From the NCBI RefSeq assembly GCF_009914755.1, contig NC_060944.1: 64,000 nt of DNA; one strand, given 5' to 3'. This document shows positions 41,091-52,950 of this stretch, in pieces (the first letter of the stretch is position 1; the number at the start of each line of letters is the position of its first letter). This stretch comes from the human T2T-CHM13v2.0 reference genome, Homo sapiens. Under the pieces are notes generated by a model. It ran no database searches and had not been told where the DNA came from. It worked only from the letters and a program-made list of their open reading frames with translations. A program made the position numbers and the translations under genes.

Positions 41091-41869
41091 GTATTAGTGG
41101 CTGGAATGAGGATGAGTTTCCAGTTTGTATTCCTCCTCCTTCTATGTTGGTAATTTTAGAGGTACTTGCCAGAAGAACTTCTTTTCCTTCCTGAATCTAC
41201 CAGTCCTAGAGGCGGGCTGTAAATATGCCAGTTCTATGTGGAATACAAGATAAAAACCTTCCCCGAGAGGATATACCAAGGAACCTCAGGTCCCTATTTC
41301 TCCTCTGTCTAAGCTATAAACAGAGGATTCAGAGGCTGTTGCCACCACCCCTGTGCCCATATTTGTATTCTCCAAGCTTGACAATCACAGAGTTGGTTAT
41401 AGTGGTCAGAACAATAAGCCAGTAAAGAGTGAACAGTATTTAAGAATGGCATTAAGCCATGTACTAGCAGCAGTTTATGTTAAATAAGGATGAAAATGTC
41501 TTGCTGTTGTTTTTTGTTGCTATTTGAAAATCTTATAATTGAATAGTTTCTGGATCAATTCCTTTTCTTTCCCTCCAGCTGCTTGTCTCATTCCTGACCT
41601 CGGATGACAAAATGTAGGGATGCTGAAATAAACAATGTGCTTGGATATGGGGTTCCTTTCATCAGGCTTGAGGGGATGATTTTGAGTGGTGCACATCTGG
41701 TTTGTTAACTGGTTCAAGTCATATTAAGGATTTACCCAGCTCCCAAGTAGATCACAGCATAGCTGTTTGCCATTGAAGAAGACAGTGAGACAGGATGAAT
41801 TTGCCATTCTGGAAGCAACTGTTCTCTTTCGAGGGAGTGGGGAAAACTGATGAATGGTCACCTCACATT

Positions 41870-42340
41870 TATCGGGCATCTGTCTACTAAGCCTCAGGGC
41901 TTTACAGGTGCACATAAAGTACCTTTATGAATTAGGCATTTCTGTCGTCTTTTCACAGGTGAGTTTCAGAGAGTTTGTCAGTTACCAAAATACCGTTTAG
42001 CACATTAGTGACAAAGCAAAATTTGAGCCTAAGTCTACTTCTAAAGCTTCTTCCAACACCAGGGTGGCTCCAGTGGTCTTCTGGTTGGTAATCCAGAGGC
42101 AGCACAGAGTCATAGAAGGCAGATTGCTTTTGTAGGCAGATAGGCCTGATTTCAAACCCAGCAGTATCTGCAAGCTAGCTAGTGGCCTTGGGCAAGTTAT
42201 TTCTTCTCTCTGGACCTTGAATTCCTCCTCAGTCAAATAAGCCTGATAAAACCTTTCTTAGAATGTTTTGTGACAAATAATGATCATGAGTGTCTGACGT
42301 AGTCTCTAGCAGGTAGCATTCAATATGGTAATATAGTTAT
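41870..42340. mobile_element. Two oppositely oriented MIR fragments
   Basis: Minus-type 41870-42060 ('tttcacaggtgag...atttgagcctaagtct'); plus-type 42090-42340 ('ggccttgggcaagttatttc'). Confidence 0.6.
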
Positions 42341-45144
42341 TGCACATTTGCCTTCTTTCAAAAAAGAATGGGTCCCTACCTCTTCCAGTTTTCATGTTTA
42401 CATATAGGATATAAACCTCTTGCCTTTTGTGGTTGTGAAGCCCAGCTGTGACCCAGGACTTTATATGTGGATAGGCTGGGTCATAACAGGAGCTTCCTGG
42501 GAAATGGGACAGCCACTGTTTTTCATGATGGCATATTACCCTGGACCCTCAGTTACGATCCTGGTTATACTAGCACTTTTCAAATTCATTACGTCTTCAA
42601 ATAGGTACCAGACTCTTCTGTTTCAGTTTGAAGCTCCCATTCTAGACTGCCCTTGCAGAGGGTCTATTTCTATGGGTAGATGTCCCAAAGGTAGGTCAGT
42701 GAGGCTTCATTCATTCTTATATTAAACAAACCACCAGTCCCTGCTTTGTGTCAGGCTTGGTGCTGTAGCTGGAAGCTGAACAGGTTCACACAGCCCAGCC
42801 AGGGAGACATAGAAACCTGCATTTCTATTATGAGGTAAAAATGTAAGGTGAATGAACTGACAGCTCAGCTAGGGAGACAGACACAGAAACCTGCATTTAT
42901 GTTACAAGGTAAAGATGTAGAAGGAAGTATGAGGCGCTGTGGGAGCACAGGAGGGGCTCCCTGTCCAACCTGGGTAGTGAGAGAACTGGTGATTAGAAAC
43001 AGCCCCCCCCAGGAATGTGGCCCCCAAGCCAAACCTTTGGTAAAAGTTAGCCAGGTAAAGGAAAGTCAATGGAAAAAGCAGCATGTATTAAAAAAAAAAA
43101 GTTGGGAGGGACAAACTGCAGTGAGCCTTAAACCTAGCTGACCATCAGAATCATCTGGAATCTCATTGAAAATGTTGGGGACGTGTTCTCAGAGTTTCTG
43201 ATTCCAGCAGTCTGCATAAAGTCAATGGATCTGTATTTTTACCAAGTTCCACAGGAGTGTCCTCTGAGACCAGTCTGGTACCAGTCCTTGCTGAGGAGAG
43301 TATGGAGATTAGATAGTTAAGCAGAAGCCAGACCTGGAAGGACCTGTAGAGCTGTTGCAAGGATTGACTTAGTTAATCTCTGGACAGTGTTGAGGACGGT
43401 ACTGGTGCCCTGGTACCTAGTAAGTATTCATTAGGTGTTAGTAGCCATTGCTGTTAGGCTAGTTGTTTTAACTATGCTCTGCTGCCAGAGGACTCTTCCA
43501 AAGTTTTACAGGTCATAGGTATAGTACTAATTTCAGTTATTTTGATAGTTTCCGCTAATTAGCCCAAATTCAGTTTTGATATTGAGGGCTTGGTTGGGGA
43601 GGATGAAGGAGAAACACTTATCACTCCTGTTTTTCTTTTGTGTTTTTCATTTTGCCAGGTAGAAACTTGGCTCTTTAGGGGCAGCATTACCAGAATTCTT
43701 ATTTTAGAAATAGAATTTTCCATTGATGCTCTGTTATTGTGTCAGTAGGACTCTGTTAGTTTTCATTTATAATCTTGATTAAGTTGTATAGAAATAGTTT
43801 AGGGTGTAGTATATCTCTTTTATAGATAAAACAAATGCCAGCAATGTAGAAACAAAAGTAGAGAAATAGCCAGACTCCTTTAGTTATTTCTCCAGCATTT
43901 GTAGGTGGTGCCAAAATGGGGAAATAACTTAGGAACTAGGCAATAATTAACTGTGGGATCTGGTTTATTAAAATTGAACACTTAATCTTTACTGAGATAT
44001 GCTTCCTAATGTTGCCATTTGGGGGCCTTTTTTGTTCTTTGTCCGCTAATAGGCTTTTAAATATATTAGCTCATTTCACCTAATCCTCACAATAACCCTG
44101 TGAGCTGTGTATTATTACCCATAGTTTATAGATGAGAACACTGAGGCCCAGATAACTTGTCATTTTCTGAAGGTCACACAGCTAGTACCTGGCCTTCCTA
44201 GGAACTGAACCTAGGATTTTCCTGCAGCTTCCAAAAACTGAATCACAAGCAGTGCACTTCTGCTTTTGGTTTGTTTTGGTTTTTTTAGATCATAAATTAA
44301 GGTTGCTAACCTGTAGTGGGACTAATTTAAACTGTTTGGTGTCTTTTCTCTTCAGTCCCTTAAGGTGTCAGTAGTCCTGGCCCCAGTACTGCATAAATAA
44401 CTTTCATCTCTCAATCCCAAACATTTCTCCCTGGCTCACTTTGTGTGCCTCTTGTTGGCCTTCAGACCTATCTATCTACCCACTGTATCCACTCTTCTCA
44501 TGGTTTTCCATACCTGATGCCCAGCACTGCTCAACCTTCAGTTTCTATTCCTAACCATTCCCTACATGGTTACCTTGCAAAGTTACGTGCCTTTAGGTAA
44601 ACACTTCCCTTAGCATTCTGGCCTTTCTCTCTGTTGTCCCCCTCTTGAGAATGAGACATAAATATGTAGTTTCTACCTTGACTGATCAATATCAGCTAAA
44701 CAGCTTTGACAAAATACATGTCCCTCCTCCAGCAATTCTGAGGACTGGGGCTCCAAGCATCTATATTTTTAAAAAGCTCCAGATCCTTCTATAAAAAGAC
44801 AATAATGAAAGAAAAAAAACGGAGTAGGGGCTCTGGATTCTGTTGCCCAGCTAGTGTTGAGAGCTACTGGCCAGAATTCTCACAGTACAAGCCTTGGTAA
44901 GCAGCCCTTTTACTTTCTCTCTGTGCCACTAGAAGATTTTTGAATGGTGGGTCTTTGGGGGAAGACTTGTTCAACACAGCTTTATTGCTTTATCTGAGTA
45001 TGAATAAAATAAACTCATGCAGAAAATTTTTAAATTGTGAAAAAAGATGAAAGGAAAGTAAAAATCACCCCCAATCCTACTAGCCAGAGTTAATTACTGA
45101 AAACATCATGGACACCATCCATTCAAACACTATGTTAGGGACTC

Positions 45145-45149
<5 letters not shown>

Positions 45150-45179
<30 letters not shown>
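45150..45179. repeat. (GT)15 microsatellite
   Basis: Read directly. Confidence 0.95.
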
Positions 45180-45182
<3 letters not shown>

Positions 45183-45368
45183 TTTGTATAAAGGGAATCA
45201 TGATGGATATACTGTTTTTACTCACTGCATCTTGGGCATTTTTTAGCAAGGGTGGGCATTTTAATACAGTTAGGAGCTAGACTATATTTTTAGAAGGCAG
45301 GGTAAATTTCAGGTGAAATGATTAGGATGTGGAGGTAATAGCAGTTTGGAGAGGTGAGCTGGGCTTAG

Positions 45369-45796
<428 letters not shown>

Positions 45797-47569
45797 TAAG
45801 AAGGGGAAGTGAAGATGCCTTTCAAATGGTATTTTTTTAAAATGTGTGAATACTTGAATGTGTTAGACATGTTGGCATCTAACAGAAGATATAATGTGAA
45901 AGGGAGTAAACTGAAAATAAACTTGTATACATTTCACTGCTCATAAAGAATACAATTACGTGTGTGAGGTGTTTGTTAGTGTCTACCTTCCTGGACTCTT
46001 GTAATATTGGATGTGATTTTTATACGCAGCAGCCTGCAGGTTGCTGGGGAAATGCTCTGTGTATTTAATCATCTTGCAGTCTTACTTGTTTGTTTTTTTT
46101 ATGGTAAGAAAATGTTGTTGGCTTGCTTTTGTAGCCAGATTGATTTTGCTTGTGGGTGTCCAGATGCTGATGAGCTGTAATTAGCATAAGAAGGAGGTTG
46201 AAAAGATGTTGAACATTGTTTCCAGGTAGCCAAACAAAGGATCCCCAAACAGAAATTATTCTCAAGTATCAGGTTCAAGAGAAGCAGCCCTTTTCTCTTT
46301 TAGGAGCAGTCTATTAAAGGATGTGTGTGTTAGGCTGGGTAGGTCACCACTACGGATGGGGCTGTAGAAACTTGCTGGGAGCTGGTCCTGGGGGTGATTT
46401 TCTGACGCTGAACATCTCCCTTTGTGAGAGTAGTAAATTTAAATCACTTGGGTAGTCTAGTAGAAAGTAGCCCTGGGCTGGGTTCAGAAGACTTGGGTTT
46501 GTGTTTCTGCCATAATTGTTGTGCTTAGGTTCTGTGACTTGAGTGTCGTTTGTTCTCTGAACCTCAGTTTCCTCACCTTTAAAATGGAGACAATGTTTCA
46601 CAGCATGTGAGAACTGGATAAGATAATATACGAGAAAGTGATTTATATACTATAAAATTATGCACATATATGACATGGTAGTGTTGTGGTGTGTATTACA
46701 TTCATTGTTTTTCCCGTCTCTTCTACATTTCTTATACTTTTTCTAAGTAACACTTTCCTTCCTTGTCCCTGGCTCCAAAGCAGAAAGAAAAGTATGGTAA
46801 TTTGGTCCCTGTTTGCTGCAGGGTTATCATAAAATACATTAAGCATGTCATTTTGATAATCACAAAAAAAAAAAAGCCTACAACTTTCTTAAATGTATTG
46901 ATTACTAATAAATCATGTCTATGTTAAGTATGCCTGCTGGCTCACAAACTTCTGGAATAACAATGTTTGCTAGCCTAGTTAACTGGGTGATTTTCCTGAT
47001 GATGTGTCATCTGGTCTGAGGCTACTGTAGATATTGATGATGGCGATAGTGTGATAGTGTCTCACATTACTGAGTATTTGCTGTGTTCCAGGGTATACAT
47101 GATGTCATTATCCCTAACATCAACTCCATGTGGGTTATCGTTAGCCTGCTTTATTACTGAGAGAACAGCCCCAAATAAGTTAAGTACTTTTTCAAATTGT
47201 GCAGACAGTTTTATGTCTGCTAGGGCCCCCCAAAGCCTGTATTCTTGATCCCGGGCTTCAGTCTCTTAAGGAGACGTCGGAGAACTAAGAAGTTACATGA
47301 ATTTTAATCACCAAGGCAACAATCCAGTACCTTTAGCTGTTTTAGAAATAAACTAGAAAGATTTTTAATTCTGACATGCCAAAGCAGGAAACCTCTATGA
47401 CCAGGATTTTTTGTATTTGGTAATGTGGGATGTGAACTTTTTAAAATAACTTTATTCTTCAATTTTGAAATAATGAACCATGCTATAATAAAGTTTTTAA
47501 AATATATTTCATACAAAGTTAGATGTGTTTTTCTAAGCTACAAGCTTGGCATGAGTTTCAGTAGCAGGG

Positions 47570-47930
47570 TGGTGGGAAATACACAGCCTTTTAGAAAATG
47601 CAGACTTGAGTTCAAATCCCAGCTCACACCAGCTGTATAACTTTTGGCATGTTAATTACCTTCACTGATCCCAGATTCCTCATCTATAACAGTGCTTCTT
47701 AACGTTTATATCACAGACGAATCACCTGGAGATCTTGTTAAAATGCAGATTGTGCTTCAGTAGGTCTGGGGTGAGGCCTAACATTGTGTATTTCTAACCA
47801 GCCCCCAGGTAACGCTGAGGCTGCTGCTTCTCTGACCACACTTTAAGTAGCAAGAATCTATAAAATGGGATATTGATATCTGCCTCACAAGTTTATTGTG
47901 GCATGTAGTAGATGCTTAACAAATGTAAGT
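47570..47930 (+). mobile_element. MIR split by a MER5A (about 47690-47850)
   Basis: MIR 'gagttcaaatcccagctc...ttcctcatctataa' | MER5A 'gaatcacctggagatcttgttaaaatgcagatt...gaccacactttaagtagc' | MIR 'tataaaatggga'. Confidence 0.75.
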
Positions 47931-48692
47931 CCTCTTCCCTTCTCACATACCTGGGAGTCTCTTGGGGATGGCCTTTATTTAAGAAGTGGGTCTGGAAATA
48001 TCTATTCCTAGCATGTCTTATCTCTGTCAAAAGTCCCAGATGACAGAAAGCATTTGGAAAGTAATGAGCTCAGGATTAAGCTTTAAGATGAAAGAAGCCC
48101 ACATCTGATTCAGAGGCTCATCTTAAGGAGTTAGCCCAGAACTGGAGTCATTTAGGAAGTCTCTGTGCAAACCTTTGTAAGGTGGCTCAAAGGAAACCTC
48201 AACTGACTTCTTCCATGAGTTCATCATTCTTCAGTTCTTCAGACAATACCTGTTGAACACTTAATGATTCCAGGCAAGGTTTAGATCCTGGGAGACAGTG
48301 ACCCACCTCAGACCCACCCTAGAGGCACTTACCTTTCTGTGGGGAGACAGCATGCAAATAATGATTTATGAAGTTGTCATTGGAAGCACTGAAGGAGGAA
48401 ATAGACTTCCAGTCAACTTTGGGAGATCCTCCAGTCTCCCTGAGATTAGAAAGATTGAAAGTAGGTAGAAATTTCCCAAGTGGACAAGAAACAGAAGAGC
48501 TTTTAGGCCAGGGAATAGCGTATACAAAGGCACAGAGAATGTGTTGGGACTCTGGGAAAGGCAAGTATTCCAGCCTTGTGGTCTTGGGGTTTGACCTAAA
48601 AGCTCAGTGAGCCAGACTACTGTCTTTGTCAAGACTTAATAGACGTAAACAGGCAGGCAGAGGACCTGGACCAGGACAGCCTTCTCCTAAAT

Positions 48693-49779
48693 GGGTTGGA
48701 TCATAATCCCGAAAGATACAGTCCCAAATGCCATAATCCTGAATGTTGAAATCCTTGAACTCTAAAATCCTCAAAATCAGAATCACAGGAATCAGAATAA
48801 CTTCAAAAAGAGCAGCACCAGAGAAAATGAATGTGAATATATTCTCCAAGGAGAGCTATGTCCCAAAAGAAAAAAGTAGCAATTTATTGTGACACAAGAC
48901 TTGAAAATATAGTTAATGATTGTGAAAGTCGACCACCTCTTATGGACTAGCTTTGTGTAACTGCCCATAATCTGTCTCTGTAATATACTTTTCATATGTC
49001 AAGTTTTCTTTCTGTTGTTCTTTTCCTTTTTTAGGCTCCCCTCACCACTATTTTAAATTGTTAGCATTATTTCTTACAATTCACTTTGCTGTATATTTCA
49101 TCTTTGCGTCATTTCCAATACTGCAGGTATAAATTGTGTAGGGGCTTTTAGAGATTTCTACTTCATTTTATGCATTTTTTGCAATTTGACTTGACAAAAG
49201 TGCATTGTCAAATCGCCTTTGTGTATAAGCATTGTGTGTGTATGTAAAAATGTTGAAACTTCCCCCGTAAATGAAGAGATGTCTTTTTGTGTATCTGCAT
49301 TTGTTCAATGTAAAATTTCTCAAGATCTAGGCTCTTTGGGTGACTGCATATGTACAGTGGTGACCCATCATTATTTTTGATTGATCTTATCAAGACTTAG
49401 GTTATTCATCACAATATTTCAGATGACTGAAATTATAAAGTTGGGTGCACACCATCACCAACCCTAGTGATATTCACCTGTACATTTTCCTTTTTACTTA
49501 CCTGCCTCATTATGAATAGGGTTTGTCTGCTCATAACTGTCATACCTGTACCACTGTCATTGGTATACCTGAGTGTTTATGCTTGCAAAAATACATATGT
49601 AATTATTGCCTATTTTATTGTGGAAAGTGGTCTATGAAGTATTCTGTCATGTTTTTATATGTTTCTCAAATAAACCCCTTTTTAAAATGTAAGTAAGTAT
49701 CTTTTAAGAATTTTTTAAAGTATTTTTTCCAGAATTACATTTTTGGGATTTTAACATTCAGAATTATGATTGGCTTCCC
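48693..49779 (+). mobile_element. Ricksha (MULE/MuDR-superfamily) non-autonomous DNA transposon
   Basis: Begins GGGTTGGATCATAATCCCGAAAGATACAGTCCCAAATGCCATAATCCTGAATGTTGAAATCC (Ricksha-type terminus); ends ...GGGATTTTAACATTCAGAATTATGATTGGCTTCCC (inverted counterpart); degenerate TSD tccta(aat/cac). Confidence 0.8.
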
Positions 49780-49900
49780 TCCTACACCAGCCTGAGCAGA
49801 CACTTCTAGCCACAGTGTCATAGCTTTTGTATAAGCCTAAAATCTTCAGAAATGGAGAGTCAAGAAGGAGCCATAGCCCACATATTATTGTCTTCCTTGA

Positions 49901-50250
<350 letters not shown>

Positions 50251-50555
50251 TTTTAAGATCTTTTGTAGATTCTTCTGTGTTGATACTGGTTTCGGTCTCC
50301 TTAAGGCAAATATTTCCTTCTGTCTGCTTTGGAGTTCATTTAATGACATCAGTTAGAAATAACATAATAACATAAGTAAGGTACATAAGTACCTCTTGAA
50401 TTTAATCTCCTTGCAATTCATACCATCTCCAGTAGGAACTCTGCTCCCCTTAGTTCCTCTCTCAGATAACGACAACCTTCTTCTCCTTACTATTGGAATT
50501 CTTGCCACTCTACAGTCTATCCTATGCTCCTTCCAGTGTTCCAGAAGACACAGAT

Positions 50556-50925
50556 TGATATGGTTTGGCTCCGTGTCTCAACCCAAATCTCATCTTAAAT
50601 TGTAATTCTCACATATCCAGAAAGGGACTTGGTGGAAGGTGATTGGATCTTGGGGCCAGTTTCCCCCAATCTCTTCTCGTGATAATGAGGGAGTTCCCAC
50701 GAAATCCAATGGTTTAAAAGTGGCGGCTTCCCCCACGCGCTCTCTCTGTCTCTCCTGCCACCTTGTGAAGAAGGTGCTTGCTTCCCCTTCACCTCCTGCC
50801 ATGATTGTAAGTTTCCTGAGGCCTCCCCAGCCAGGCAGAACTGTCCATCAGTTAAACCTCCTTTCTTTGTAAATTGCCCAGTCTCAGGTAGTATCTTTAT
50901 AGTAGCGTGAATGTGAACTAATACA
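50556..50925 (+). mobile_element. THE1 (THE1C/D-like) MaLR solo LTR, sense to CTNNBL1
   Basis: TG...CA ends (TGATATGGTTTGGCT ... ACTAATACA), 370 bp, 5-bp TSD CAGAT/CAAAT, typical 'gccatgattgtaagtttcctgaggcctccccagcc'. Confidence 0.92.
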
Positions 50926-51804
50926 CAAATGAACTGCCTCTGGTGGCTGTAAAGTATGAATAAGATCACGTGATTTTGCTGCATAATCCTTTCAGGTCTT
51001 CTTAATACAGATCTAGGGTAAAATCTAGACTTTTGCATGACAGAAGACCTGCCCCTTTGGCCTTCTCTTGCCGGTACCACCTTGCTCATCCCCTGCCCTG
51101 TTTCCACCTAGCCTAAACTAGGGAAGCCCCTCCTGGTGTTACTCTTTTCTCTCCTCCACATCTTGACATTGGATGCATCCCCTGACTGAGATGCTCTTTT
51201 ACCCACATCTCTGTAAGACTGATTACTTACTCTTAGAAATCTCCCTCATCCTACTTCCTCCTTGAAGCCTCTCCTGATTTTCCATTTCTGTTCTGAGACT
51301 GCTTCCTTTCTTATGCTCCCGACAGCATCCGTTTTGTACAGTGGTGGTTGGCTTGCTTGTTTCCACTCAGCTGTGAGCTCCGCTAGGCAAGAACTATGCC
51401 TTACGCGTGGGGGTGGATAGGAATCCCTTTTGTCCTTTATATCCCTTTAAACAGACTTAATCAAAAGGAAAAAATAAATCTTTTTATTAGGGAAAATTTC
51501 AGAAATATACAAAGGTGGAGAAAATTATATATTGAATCCTTATGTACCCATCACTCAGCTTCAGTGAATAACGTTTTGCCAGTCTTGTTTGTTCCCCTCC
51601 TCTCTTTTTTTCTTGTAATATTTTAAGGCAACCTTAGACATCATGTAATTTTACCTCATGTGGAATTTTTAATTTATAAAATCAATGACTGATATGAGCA
51701 AGAGCCTTGGATTTAGGCATTTTCCTAGCTGGAATATGTATGTTAGCAATAGAATCTATTGATAGTTCAGCTGTATACTGTTAGATGCCAGAAGTAACTT
51801 AGAT

Positions 51805-52040
51805 CAGATTTTCTCACCCTTGGCACTATTGACACTTAGAACCAGATAATTTTTTGTTGTGGAGGGCTCCCCTTCATATTGTAGAGTGTTCAGCAGCATC
51901 CTTGGCCTCTTGCCACAGCTGGATGCCAGTAGCAACCCCCAGTCAGTCATCACAAACACACACATAAAAATTGCAGAATATCTCAAACAGTGGAATCCTC
52001 CCACCCCTCCCCCTGCACAACCCCCAACTGAGAACCACTG
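51805..52040 (-). mobile_element. MER20 hAT-Charlie MITE
   Basis: 'ttggcactattgaca...gataattttttgttgtgg...agcagcatccttggcctct...gatgccagtagca...tgagaaccactg'. Confidence 0.85.
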
Positions 52041-52744
52041 TCATAGAGAAAGGGAAGAATTTTATAGCTGTTGAGATCTTCCAGATCTCAGGACTGTTCA
52101 ATAGACAGTTGGGGAAACTAAGTCCCAGAAAGGAAGTGTGCCTTTCTGATTATTACTGTGCTTATTAGTATCATGCTAGAGAATAAATCTGTATTTTCTG
52201 CTTCCTGTGCCAGCGTGTGTCTAACTCTACCACACGTAGTTTCTAGAGGCTACCAGGGTGATGTCAGAGGCTGCCTAGGAGCAGGAAGAATTCCTGTGGC
52301 CGTGGTGTGGGTGTCTTCCCTGAACAGAGAAGATGACATGGCCAGGCTGAGGGGAGTTATGGAATACTGCTGCCAGCAAGGACACACTGCTGCTGATTTG
52401 CAGCCATGCCCAGCATCTGCCTTGGCTGCCCGTCATTCCCTTTTACCAAATATTTATGATGAAGCGGGCTGGAGAGCTCTTTCCTTGGGAATGCATCTTG
52501 GATTCCATAGTGGCAGACAAGTAGAATTTGTTTCACAGAAATAACTTTGAAGTTAGTTTTTGCCAGAAACCATCTGTTTTATATAAAGCAAAGGGACATT
52601 GGAGTTTCAGTTTATAGCTTTGTTCAAAATGGACTCTCTGCTTATTTCTCACAACTCATTCTGCTAAGCAGCGCCCTGGAAAGTTGGGTGCTAGTAAATT
52701 TAGTTTACCACTAGGAAGGCAGATTTAGGATGGTAGGGAGAAAG

Positions 52745-52950
52745 CTGGCTCATGAAGTGAGATCAAAGACTCTCTGGCTCTCAGTAGCTCTGAAAACTTG
52801 GGTAAGGCTCATAACCTCTCTGGGCCTTATTTTTTCACATCTGTACAATGGGGAGAATAATTCACTCCAGGGGTGGTCATGAATATTAAGTGAGAAAGAG
52901 TATATGAAGCACCCAGCATGTGAATCCAGCACACAGTGCTAATAAATGGT
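52745..52950 (+). mobile_element. MIR SINE
   Basis: 'cttgggtaaggctcataacctctctgggccttatttttcacatctgtacaatgggga...cacagtgctaataaatg'. Confidence 0.7.

Noticed and set aside
50595-51107. 170-aa minus-strand ORF
   Set aside because: Mostly antisense translation of the THE1 LTR.
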